From Halorutilales archaeon Cl-col2-1 (GTDB lineage Archaea > Halobacteriota > Halobacteria > Halobacteriales > Afararchaeaceae): a DNA stretch of 64,000 nt. The notes under the pieces were generated by a model that saw only the letters and a list, made by a program, of their open reading frames with translations, ran no database searches and had not been told where the DNA came from. The translations under genes and the position numbers were made by a program. The first letter of the stretch is position 1. The number at the start of each line of letters is the position of its first letter. Shown here in pieces: positions 19,111 to 27,539 of this stretch. The stretch lies in contig CP169074.1 in assembly GCA_041891055.1 (NCBI GenBank), positions 1,024,001 to 1,088,000 of the forward strand, in the 5' to 3' direction.

Positions 19111-20285
19111 CCCCCAGTCTGGTTGCGACGGAGTAGCCGCCGACAACACCGCACCGCCACGTTCTTTGCTGCGTTGTAGTCGGCGTGATTCTCGTAGCCA
19201 CACTTCTGGCACTCGAACTGTTCTTGCGTGGGGCGGTTGTCTTCGTGGGTGAATCCACAACTGCTACACCGCTGTGAGGTGTAGTAGGCTGACACCGTCT
19301 TAGCCTGTGGACTCCGCTCCAACTCCTCAACATCGATTCCGTAGGCCTTCGCTTTGTACTCGACGTAGTTATACAGGCGGTTAAACCGCCAGCGGTGGTG
19401 CCACGTTGCCCCCTGCGCCCGTTTCCGGATGTCGGTCAAGTCCTCGAAGGCGATCACCGAACAGTCGTATTCGACCGCTTCGTCGACAATTTCGTTGGCA
19501 ACGATATGGAGATACTGCTTGTAGTACGCACGTTCTTTTTCTCCGACATGTTGTAGAGTGCGGTGGGCTTCCTGTGTACCACGTTCTTGAAGTGATCTAC
19601 GTCGCTTCTCGAACTCACGGTGCCAGTGGTCGAGTTCGTCGCCCGTCCAGAACGTGCCGGTTGATGCGACAGCAAGGTTCTCGACGCCGAGGTCGATCCC
19701 GAGGACTGTGTTGTGCTCGGGGACATCAGCGTCAGTTTCTGTGTCGTCTTCAGTGCGTTTGAAGCCGATGTGGAGCCAGAACTTGTCTTCGAACGGCTTG
19801 TAGTGGAGTGTGCTGGTGCGGAACTCCCAGTCGTCGTTTTCGAGGTATTCTTCGAAAGGAGTGTCTGCTGTGTCGTTTGGGAGTACGTAGTCTGCTTCGA
19901 TACGTCCATCCACGGTGGACAGCGAGATATGGTCATCATGGAAGGTAGCGGCTCGTTTGTCGAAACGAGCCGTGTCAGCGGTAAACTCGGGTTGGCTGGT
20001 TTTTTCGTTCTTTTCGAGACGTTCGACACCAGCTTTGACGGCTTCAACGGCTTGGAAGATAGCTTGCTGGACGAGGTTCGCCGTGAGGTCGTACTCTGAT
20101 TTCAGGTCGTGGTAGAGCTCGTCTTTTACGGCATACTTCGCTGTTTTCTTGTAGTCGTCTTCGTCCCAGCAGTGGTCGCTAGTTTCGTTAGCGCAATGTT
20201 TGTACTGGTCGATAGTGTCGAGAAGTGCGTCCTTGTCGTTGTCGTCCACGACGAGTTTAACCGGTAGCGTCCGACGCACTTCCAT
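19050..20285 (-). CDS. tnpB: RNA-guided endonuclease TnpB
   Basis: RuvC GIDLG / AFEDL / HADYNAA; Zn finger CSSC...CQKC. Confidence 0.95.
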   Translation of the reverse strand: MEVRRTLPVKLVVDDNDKDALLDTIDQYKHCANETSDHCWDEDDYKKTAKYAVKDELYHDLKSEYDLTANLVQQAIFQAVEAVKAGVERLEKNEKTSQPEFTADTARFDKRAATFHDDHISLSTVDGRIEADYVLPNDTADTPFEEYLENDDWEFRTSTLHYKPFEDKFWLHIGFKRTEDDTETDADVPEHNTVLGIDLGVENLAVASTGTFWTGDELDHWHREFEKRRRSLQERGTQEAHRTLQHVGEKERAYYKQYLHIVANEIVDEAVEYDCSVIAFEDLTDIRKRAQGATWHHRWRFNRLYNYVEYKAKAYGIDVEELERSPQAKTVSAYYTSQRCSSCGFTHEDNRPTQEQFECQKCGYENHADYNAAKNVAVRCCRRLLRRNQTGGGGGAPVNVALNGGTMTVNV

Positions 20286-20676
20286 ACTGGTTTCAACGTA
20301 TTCTATCTATTTAAATTCTTTAGGAGTGGGGGAGTTAACCGAGTACAGAGAACAGATATCGAGGAGGTATTTGACGCGCTCCTCCCCTCCCTACTGTGCT
20401 GCTTGAGAGCCTGGGCTCTCTGCGCTGCTCGTTGAGGAAGGGGGCTCCGCGCTATCTTGTGCTGAAGACTCCTTTGAGTATGGCTCGGAGAAAAAGACCC
20501 CCCTTATCGAGAGTAGCTTTAACCCGAATAGGTCTCATAGGGCTGGGCTCTGCTTCGACGTTTTTGATCCCTTCGGTTCTTTCAAGACGGTTTCGAAACC
20601 GTTTGTGAATCTCGTACCTACTGAGATGAGAGCTTGCTTCGACAGGAGAGGTCATAGAACTCTTGGCACCAGTATT

Positions 20677-21183
20677 TCAGACAGAGACTTTCTCGTCTTT
20701 TGTCTTTTCTACAGAAGTATACATGCTGACAGCATGTTTTATCATCTCGGCTCGTTGGCGGTAATACTCCCAGTCCTCCGCGAGTCTTCTTCGTTCTCTT
20801 GCTTCTTCACCGGAGAGGTCTTGGTCACCTATAGAAGCTCGGAGTTCGTCGGGAGAAGAAACTCCATAACTGTCTCGCCATTCATCTATGTCTTCTCGGA
20901 TCGAGACAAGCTCATCAGTTAGCTCTTGTTTACTGTATTCTTCTATCAGTTCACGGACTTGATCAAAGTACTGAGTGACAGGATCAGGTCGATATAGAGT
21001 CTCACGTCCATTCTGTATCTCCGAGATCTTGTTTAGTTCGACTATATGCTGTAGATACTTCTCAGCAGTATTTCGTGCTACACCTGCCATTTCAGCTATC
21101 TCTCCTGCATTGCGGGGTTCACGAACTGTCATAGCCACCTCCTCTATCCTCTCAAACTTATCCTCGTGGTCAGCCTGGGTCAT
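20677..21183 (-). CDS. Winged-helix protein (putative antitoxin/regulator)
   Basis: REPRNAGEIAEMAGVARNTAEKYLQHIVE...TLYRPDP; common haloarchaeal family. Confidence 0.8.
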   Translation of the reverse strand: MTQADHEDKFERIEEVAMTVREPRNAGEIAEMAGVARNTAEKYLQHIVELNKISEIQNGRETLYRPDPVTQYFDQVRELIEEYSKQELTDELVSIREDIDEWRDSYGVSSPDELRASIGDQDLSGEEARERRRLAEDWEYYRQRAEMIKHAVSMYTSVEKTKDEKVSV

Positions 21184-21201
21184 ATACTCACTACGTAGCC
21201 C

Positions 21202-21327
21202 TTATTTTAATATCTTACTACAGGATTCATTATGCTGATCTTGTGCACGTTGAGTATCATATCCATTGGATCGAAGAGCGTTAACCACTGCACCTGGGAC
21301 GTGTTCGTCAACTACGATGTCGAACAT
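21202..21327 (-). pseudogene. Truncated DUF5615/Mut7-C-type PIN toxin
   Basis: MFDIVVDEHVPGAVVNALRSNGYDTQRAQDQ, then a stop at 41 aa; directly downstream of DUF433. Confidence 0.75.
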
Positions 21328-21603
21328 CTACTTTTCAGCTTTTTCAGGGGCATTTGACATCTTGATCAGCTCCTCCTCTAGCTCTCTGTGTCTCTCACGT
21401 ATCTTCTCCATCTCATCAGGATGTCGGTAGTAATACGCTAGGGCTTCGTGTACTTCATCGAGTCCTAACTCGAGCTGATCGGCTACATATTCTGGGGACT
21501 CACCGTTTTTAATAACCATATCAGCTATCTGTATCACCGAGACACGTCTACCCTCAAGACGTGGCTCACCTCCGAGTGTGTCTTCAGTCTTTACAACTGT
21601 CAT
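21328..21603 (-). CDS. DUF433 family antitoxin
   Basis: TLGGEPRLEGRRVSVIQI...LDEVHEALAYYYRHPDE. Confidence 0.88.
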   Translation of the reverse strand: MTVVKTEDTLGGEPRLEGRRVSVIQIADMVIKNGESPEYVADQLELGLDEVHEALAYYYRHPDEMEKIRERHRELEEELIKMSNAPEKAEK

Positions 21604-21824
21604 TCTACCACCATCCACACGAGAGAGTTACCGACTAGCTTGCTCTTCACACGTCCGTCTTCTTCGATCTTTCGAAGACGATAGTCGGCGTTTTGACGTG
21701 AGCATCCCACAGTATCTCCTATCTCTTTCGTAGATGCAGGCTCATTCTCACGTATAGCATCTATAAACTCATTGTCGGCAAATGACGGTTCAAATTCACC
21801 GGTCGAAGATCTTTGTCGCCCCAT
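21600..21824 (-). CDS. Small winged-helix protein
   Basis: PASTKEIGDTVGCSRQNADYRLRKIEEDGRVKSKLVG. Confidence 0.8.
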   Translation of the reverse strand: MGRQRSSTGEFEPSFADNEFIDAIRENEPASTKEIGDTVGCSRQNADYRLRKIEEDGRVKSKLVGNSLVWMVVE

Positions 21825-21904
21825 TATACCACTAATAGATCATCCATCCACTTAATCATTATCTCCATAGCAAAAGATACCAGCAAGATAAAGCTAAGAA
21901 CAAT

Positions 21905-22184
21905 TCTGAGAAAGTCTTGTCTAGAGTCTCTACCCAACTCTATTTCTTCATCCTCAAGAAACTCGCAGACATCGTGTACATAATGCCGTACGTGGTGCTA
22001 TTCTTCTCTCCACGAGAGTTACAGATAGAATTCTATCTCTTCTCTAGGATAGGCAGTCTATACCGTCCAAGGTTTGTTCTGTCCCATTAGCTAACCAACA
22101 TTCTCTAGAGAATTTTCGAAAGTGTTGGTTAGCTCCCCGAACACACTCTATACAAACCAATTTGTGCATCCGAGATAGTTTGGA
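21905..22184. repeat. Island repeat copy R4 (near full length, includes 46-bp palindrome 22089-22134)
   Basis: Direct repeat of 15492-15777. Confidence 0.9.
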
Positions 22185-22331
22185 TATCTCTTATACTCCA
22201 AAGTAGGTGGTGAATTAGGTCAGGTGACCCAGTTCACTAGTGAGAACATGATTCATACCTCCATGTGTCACATATAAATAGAAGTCACTTTATTAATAAA
22301 CTATTTAAGTAATAGTAACGTTAAGCGTAAT

Positions 22332-23033
22332 ATGAAACGTGGTGTGAAAGAAGAACATGATAAAAGCGGTATATCGATCTCTCTCCCGGTGCCTTCTCTC
22401 GACTCTGATCTGTTCAAACACAAAGCTACTAATAACGTACTTCTATTTCTATCACATCACAGACAGGACGAGTTTACTATATCTGAGATAGCTTCTCAGA
22501 CAGGGCATACTCAGCCATCAGTAAAGAGATCGGTAGACGTTCTAGAGAAAAACGATCTAGTCATAGATAATCCTCAGGGCAACAGACGTCTGATACGAAT
22601 AAACCGTGAACGGCTTTCTGTGCCAGATGATCCCTATCTTCAGATACCTCAGATACAGTTTCAGAAACCCGTAAAAGAAGCTGTCGAACAACTGAAGAAA
22701 GGTCTCAAAGATGTTGAAGCTGTAGTCCTATATGGGAGTGTAGCTCGGGGAGAAGCAGATAGCCGGAGTGACATCGACCTATGGATCCTCGTTACTGAAG
22801 ACAGAGCTAAAAACCAAAGAAAAGCTAACAAAATAAAATTAGACCTCGAAGAAAAAAGATTTGACGGCGATAGGTATAGCTATGACATCGATGTCGAGTC
22901 TATTTCTGCTATACCTAGATACACAGAAGACCTACGACAGATAGTCGTCTCCGGGATCCCAGTCTATCAGACAGAGAAGTTCAAAACTGTCGAAAAGATC
23001 CTAATGGAGGATCTGGAGGGAGAAGATGACTGA
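22332..23033 (+). CDS. HTH + minimal nucleotidyltransferase (MNT) antitoxin
   Basis: N-terminal HTH; VVLYGSVARGEADSRSDIDL. Confidence 0.88.
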   Translation: MKRGVKEEHDKSGISISLPVPSLDSDLFKHKATNNVLLFLSHHRQDEFTISEIASQTGHTQPSVKRSVDVLEKNDLVIDNPQGNRRLIRINRERLSVPDDPYLQIPQIQFQKPVKEAVEQLKKGLKDVEAVVLYGSVARGEADSRSDIDLWILVTEDRAKNQRKANKIKLDLEEKRFDGDRYSYDIDVESISAIPRYTEDLRQIVVSGIPVYQTEKFKTVEKILMEDLEGEDD

Positions 23034-23225
23034 TCCCAGCTCTATCGTGGATGCTATCGGCCGTGCAGAAGACGCATTCGAAGAGAGAGCCGGAGGAGTG
23101 CCAAAGTACGAAGAAGGTATTGCCTCGGGCGGGGGCTGGGAGACACAGATGAGTTAGCTGAAGAAGTCCATAGCTTCGTCGTCGATCAGATCAGAGAAGG
23201 TGGTGTATGTATCTGTAGTTTGTGA
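23026..23225 (+). pseudogene. Internally deleted HEPN-type partner of the MNT
   Basis: MTDPSSIVDAIGRAEDAFEE...GWETQ is joined out of frame to ELAEEVHSFVVDQIREGGVCICSL*; the central part appears missing. Confidence 0.6.
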
Positions 23226-23271
23226 TGGTATCGGATACAATACAAAAGCCATTCTCCGAGAGTCTGATCAT

Positions 23272-23317
23272 AGCTAACCAACATTCTCTAGAGGATTTTC
23301 GAAAATGTTGGTTAACT
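23272..23317. repeat. Island repeat copy R5: 46-bp palindrome only
   Basis: AGCTAACCAACATTCTCTAGAGGATTTTCGAAAATGTTGGTTAACT. Confidence 0.88.
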
Positions 23318-23342
23318 ATTTCTTGAGCTTTCTTGCCTCGGA

Positions 23343-23750
23343 CTACGCCGTAACAGGTATATCGACGCTAATACTGTCGTACCAGACTGTGGGCTTCTTT
23401 CTCCTGCCTTCTTCTTCAAGCTCTATTAACCCGAGTTTCTCTAGCTCGGTAACACTATCATGTACTTGGCGTACGTCTCGATCTACTCGACGTGCGAGGT
23501 CACGTATACTCTCGACGTTTTCTCGGGCTATGGTTCGTATGAGTTCTAGATTTCTGTCGTCGAAAATCTCGTTAACTCGCTCTTCTGTCTCGAGTGTCAG
23601 ACCGTAGCTCTCTTCGGGCTCTTCGCCCTCATCGATTGCTTTCATAGCCTCGGCGACGGGGTCTTGGTGTCGAGTCGCGCTAACTCCGGCTACTTTGACG
23701 TGTAAGACTTTCTTTCCGTCGGGGTTCTTGGTGTCGGCTTCTATCGCCAT
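23343..23750 (-). CDS. HVO_A0114-like DNA-binding protein (putative antitoxin)
   Basis: NLELIRTIARENVESIRDLARRVDRDVRQVHDSVTELEKLGLI...KKPTVWYD. Confidence 0.85.
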   Translation of the reverse strand: MAIEADTKNPDGKKVLHVKVAGVSATRHQDPVAEAMKAIDEGEEPEESYGLTLETEERVNEIFDDRNLELIRTIARENVESIRDLARRVDRDVRQVHDSVTELEKLGLIELEEEGRRKKPTVWYDSISVDIPVTA

Positions 23751-24038
23751 AATGTATCAACTCCTTCGTTTTTCTTGACGTATTCTCTGAAACGTTCGTA
23801 TGCCTCGAAGTACTCGATATCGACATCCACCGGATTTTCTTCACCTTCGTGCTTCTCGAAGACTCCATGGCTGTTATCGTATCGAAGCAGTGTTTCACCG
23901 TTCTGAGTCCCGTAGTGTAACCGTATTTTTGTATCCGTCAGGATACTTTTCGGATTCGGGCACTTCAAGTATCACGGCACGAACTACCGTATCTTCGAAC
24001 TCCCGGGTCTCATCAACGACGCGTTCGATATCCGACAT
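23741..24038 (-). pseudogene. Frameshifted DUF6516/TumE-like toxin
   Basis: MSDIERVVDETREFEDTVVRAVILEVPESEKYPDGYK, then a +1 shift in an A5 run near 23926-23930 to IRLHYGTQNGETLLRYDNSHG. Confidence 0.75.
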
Positions 24039-24237
24039 CTACTACATTGTTGTTAAATCCTACAACAATAAAACGTTGTGGGGTCTTAACAACAGTCCTC
24101 CATTCTCATCTCTGAAAAACGTAGCTGGGAGAGTAACTCGTATGTTCAGCATTCGAGAAACTGGTTCGAGTCTCGGGATTGACGACGCATTACCACAAAA
24201 CTACGATAGCTGATAGTCAGGGTTCAGTCACTCCTCA

Positions 24238-24804
24238 CTAATTATCGAGATACTCCTGCCGTAGATGCTCGATGTACTGCGGATCCCAAGATTTAGTTTC
24301 GACGTAGTAGGTAAGCGCAGAGTCAACATACTCCGCGGGCAGAATCTCGTGTGTCGCTAACGCACAGAGTAGATGCGGTGTTGTAAACAGTGTGTTTCGG
24401 TCGTCGAGTGCGAGGTTAACGAAGAGATAGTTGGTACTGTTGAACTCATCTGTGACAAAAAGATCTGCCTCTAACTCGTTTGCCAGCCAGATGCTCTCAG
24501 ACTCTCCACGATCGAGACCGTAGTCGAGATCCACGTCGTTGAAGTCGTCGGTATCGTGTGTCGTCAGATGGTGGGATGCCTGGAGCACGAGGTCAGCGGC
24601 TGCGGACAATAGGTCGTCGTTCTCCGTCGCTTCGGCGACCTCGCCCAAGACAGCCGCAGGTATATGGATATCGTATACGTTGAGGAGAGCCTTGAGTGGA
24701 TCAGCACCCGAAGGAGACCGCGAACGCCCGTCAACGACAGGTGTAGCGACGTTTAACAGAACATTTGTGTCGACAACAGCAATCGCCTTCTCCGGCATCG
24801 TCAT
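24238..24804 (-). CDS. PIN-like protein (putative toxin)
   Basis: VVDTNVLLN, VLGEV, LDRGESESI, FVTDEF. Confidence 0.8.
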   Translation of the reverse strand: MTMPEKAIAVVDTNVLLNVATPVVDGRSRSPSGADPLKALLNVYDIHIPAAVLGEVAEATENDDLLSAAADLVLQASHHLTTHDTDDFNDVDLDYGLDRGESESIWLANELEADLFVTDEFNSTNYLFVNLALDDRNTLFTTPHLLCALATHEILPAEYVDSALTYYVETKSWDPQYIEHLRQEYLDN

Positions 24805-25184
24805 CTCTGTGATCCACTGTCCGACTCAGACTGCGTCCACTCTGGGACATCGCCGTCATAGAAGGCATCGTCAGTCGGGAGACTGTCCTCAAGCCGGGGT
24901 TCAGGAGGAGCCCTGTCGATCGACTCACGGAGGAGTTTCATCCGGAGTGCTTCTTCACGTCCGAGTATCTCTTCGACTGTGTCATACTCGACACGGTCGT
25001 TATAGTATGCGTCGCTGAGACGTCGGCGAAACTCCTTGTCATCTGCGAGCTCTTCGAGTTCGTCTTCTAGTGCATCGATAAGGAGACGGGTGCGGGATAT
25101 ATCGAGGACTTCAACGACGCTGTCGGCACGCTCAACTAGAGATTTCGGGGCATTAAAATCGACACGGGTTTTCTCCTCAGCCAT
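24801..25184 (-). CDS. RHH-like putative antitoxin
   Basis: KTRVDFNAPKSLVERAD...SRTRLLIDALEDEL; overlaps the PIN start. Confidence 0.75.
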   Translation of the reverse strand: MAEEKTRVDFNAPKSLVERADSVVEVLDISRTRLLIDALEDELEELADDKEFRRRLSDAYYNDRVEYDTVEEILGREEALRMKLLRESIDRAPPEPRLEDSLPTDDAFYDGDVPEWTQSESDSGSQR

Positions 25185-25446
25185 CAGTTCATGTGTAGAC
25201 CCTACACATACTTAAACCTCTCGCCAGTATAGACCGACCTGACATCCTCCCACGACTGAAGACACGGTGGAGTTGGATCTATGTATTCGACATACATTGG
25301 GTATTCGACACTCTAATAGCAAGAATACAAGAAAGAACGGAGTTCTATGGAGAGTAAGCCCTCAGAGCCGACTCCAGAGCGTAGGTAGAGACCTAGCTAA
25401 CACTCCTCACACGGTACTTTATCCGTCGTCGGAACGTAGTAGTCTT

Positions 25447-25737
25447 ATGAGTAAGAAAACCCAGACAGGTCACCGTAACCTACGTATGCCCGAGGGCGAC
25501 GAGTTATTCGCCGTAGTCACACAGCACAACGGAGGCAACCATGTGAGTATCAGATGTGAGGACGGTGAGGAGCGCATGGGACGTATCCCGGGACGTATGA
25601 AGTACAGGACATGGATAGAGGAGGGCGACATCGTAATAGCCGAGCCCTGGGACTGGCAGGACGGCAAGGCTAACATAGAGTGGAGATACGACAGCCAGGA
25701 CGCCGACCAGCTTCGTGAAGAAGGACATATAGACTAA
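25447..25737 (+). CDS. eif1a: Translation initiation factor aIF-1A
   Basis: [43 protein letters not shown]. Confidence 0.95.
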   Translation: MSKKTQTGHRNLRMPEGDELFAVVTQHNGGNHVSIRCEDGEERMGRIPGRMKYRTWIEEGDIVIAEPWDWQDGKANIEWRYDSQDADQLREEGHID

Positions 25738-25882
25738 CTCTTCTCTACTTAGTAAGTAAGCTGTATTCTCTATTATTGTAAACTTACGACTGGCTAACTA
25801 TATCTACGACAGAGCCCAAGCTACCGGATCTCAACTAATTAACACAAACAAAAGAATCTTCTGTCTAACTTAAAATCCGAGC

Positions 25883-26083
25883 TTATACGCGGACGACGTC
25901 CGTCGCGCGGGGACCCTTGGGAGCCTCTTCTATCTCGAACTCTATCTCTGTGCCCTCTGTGAGGTCGTCACCGCCGACGTCCTCCATGTGGAAGAAGACA
26001 TCCTCGCCTTCCTCCGTCGCGTCAGTCTCTATGAAACCGTAACCGCCTGTGTCGTTGAAGAAGTCAACCTTACCGTTTGCCAT
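25883..26083 (-). CDS. cspA: Cold-shock protein
   Basis: GKVDFFNDTGGYGFI...DVFFHM...KGPRA. Confidence 0.95.
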   Translation of the reverse strand: MANGKVDFFNDTGGYGFIETDATEEGEDVFFHMEDVGGDDLTEGTEIEFEIEEAPKGPRATDVVRV

Positions 26084-26300
26084 TGCAACTTAACAAACTG
26101 AACGTACACGGATAAAACTTCCGTATCTGTATGCTGAGAACAGTGAGGAGTAAACAGATGTTCTGATACACAGACTCTGAGGCGAATCCTACTGTAGATA
26201 CGGTGTTCTGACGACAGATACCGACCGATCTGTCACAAATACGTCCGAGTTCGGGTTTTGTACCATAAGTATAATACTACACAGATGTGTCTAACCTCCA

Positions 26301-26861
26301 ATGCCGAGGTCTGGCGAGGAAGGTGTGTCACCTGTTATAGGTGTCGTGCTTCTCGTGGCTACCGTAGTCCTACTTGCGGCGGGGGTCTTCTTCTCAGTCT
26401 CGGGGACAGCCTCACAGCTGAGTCAGCCGAAGATGGTGGGTATCGAAGCGGGTACTCTCAAAGCCGACGAGGTATGCGAGGGAGGCTACTGTGACCAGAC
26501 GGTACGTCTCCGCAACGTCGCTGGCGGCGATATCGACGTCTCGGAGACCGAGATAGTCGTCGAACTCCCGAACGGAAACGCGGGTAGGCTCGTCGATCTG
26601 CCGTCGGACGACAGAGACCTCGACGACGAGAACGTCGAAGGAGACGACATCTTCTCCCTGAGTGCTCTCCAAGCAGGAGGATCTATAACAGAAGGAGGCT
26701 CCGACACCGACGGCGTCTGGTCGTCGGGTGAGAAGATTAGGTTCAGGATAAAGCAGAGCGACGACGGAATGAGCCTCGAACCGGGAGACGAGGTGAGGGT
26801 CAGGGTAGTCGACACTGCGTCGGGCACGGTTATTTATAGACAGAGCCTGACAGCCGAGTAA
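26301..26861 (+). CDS. Archaeal type IV pilin-like protein
   Basis: Class III signal G|VSPVIGVVLLVATVVLLAA. Confidence 0.85.
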   Translation: MPRSGEEGVSPVIGVVLLVATVVLLAAGVFFSVSGTASQLSQPKMVGIEAGTLKADEVCEGGYCDQTVRLRNVAGGDIDVSETEIVVELPNGNAGRLVDLPSDDRDLDDENVEGDDIFSLSALQAGGSITEGGSDTDGVWSSGEKIRFRIKQSDDGMSLEPGDEVRVRVVDTASGTVIYRQSLTAE

Positions 26862-26901
26862 GCCAAAGACTGATACGTCGAAAATGCATACATGTACATA
26901 C

Positions 26902-27153
26902 ATGGGAACCAAGACAATCTCCCTCTCGGACGACGCTTACGAGAAGCTAAAAGCAGAGAAAAAGGAAGGTGAAAGCTTCAGCGACGTTGTTAGACGATTG
27001 ACATCTAAAAACATCAGTCTCAGGGACTTTCACGGTATTTTGTCAGAGGGGAGTGCGGAAGAAATAAGAGAGGTAGTTCAAAAAAGAAGACAAGATAGGC
27101 AGGAAATTAGGGAGCAAAGACGTGAGAATTTAGTAGAAAGACTCGGAAAATGA
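26902..27153 (+). CDS. vapB: VapB-family antitoxin
   Basis: MGTKTISLSDDAYEKLKAEKKEGESFSDVVRRL. Confidence 0.9.
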   Translation: MGTKTISLSDDAYEKLKAEKKEGESFSDVVRRLTSKNISLRDFHGILSEGSAEEIREVVQKRRQDRQEIREQRRENLVERLGK

Positions 27154-27539
27154 TACTTGACACAACATTTCTCATCGATGTCCTCGACGGGAAAGAAGAA
27201 GCCAGGGAGGCTGAGGAGGTACTCGATAAGAGAGGATCAGCACACGTCACACCGGTATCGGTGATGGAGCTTCTGGAGGGTGCATATCTCTCTGACACGA
27301 CGGACGAAGAGATAGAGGCAGTCAGGACACTTCTCGAAGGACTGAATCATTACAGCTTCGACACCGAAGACGGCATAGCCGCTGGAAAGATTAGTGCTGA
27401 TCTGATACAGAAAGGTGAAAGAGTAGGAATTGAGGACACGATGATAGGAGCCGTTGCACTCAACGAGAACGAGAAAGTCCTCACACGTAATGTCTCGGAT
27501 TTCGAGAGAATAGAAGGCGTCGAGGTCGAGAGTTACTAA
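27150..27539 (+). CDS. vapC: VapC PIN ribonuclease toxin
   Basis: MILDTTFLID...DTMIGAVA...LTRNVSDFERI. Confidence 0.92.
   Translation: MILDTTFLIDVLDGKEEAREAEEVLDKRGSAHVTPVSVMELLEGAYLSDTTDEEIEAVRTLLEGLNHYSFDTEDGIAAGKISADLIQKGERVGIEDTMIGAVALNENEKVLTRNVSDFERIEGVEVESY

Larger units (their letters stand above)
18917..20462 (-). mobile_element. IS1341-type (IS200/IS605 family) TnpB-only element
   Basis: tnpB with subterminal hairpins at both ends; right end GTAGTTTAC; no tnpA; interrupts a gene. Confidence 0.85.
18636..20655 (-). pseudogene. Hypothetical toxin-position gene split by a TnpB IS
   Basis: N-part 20655-20463 (MTSPVEASSHLSRYEIH...) and C-part 18916-18636 (RVEAQLEIEWRPREDRDEFRIQY...GWHQDQSHEDLGSSHFQ...MF*) join in frame (474 nt) when 18917-20462 is removed. 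Confidence 0.8.

Noticed and set aside
18903-20463. 7-bp direct repeat TTGTGCT flanking IS#1 as a target-site duplication
   Set aside because: IS200/605 elements do not make TSDs; that model also needs an extra frameshift (C6 run 20498-20503), whereas excision at TTCA| restores the ORF directly. Not fully excluded.
15651-22075. Recurring ~26-bp core TAGGCAGTCTATACCGTCCAAGGTTT as a CRISPR repeat
   Set aside because: Copies are 1-3.5 kb apart with whole genes between them; no regular spacers and no cas genes
25200-25446. tRNA or att site at the right border of the island
   Set aside because: No cloverleaf and no direct repeat matching the left border could be seen; only a short CTAGCTAAC resembling the palindrome arm, too short to support
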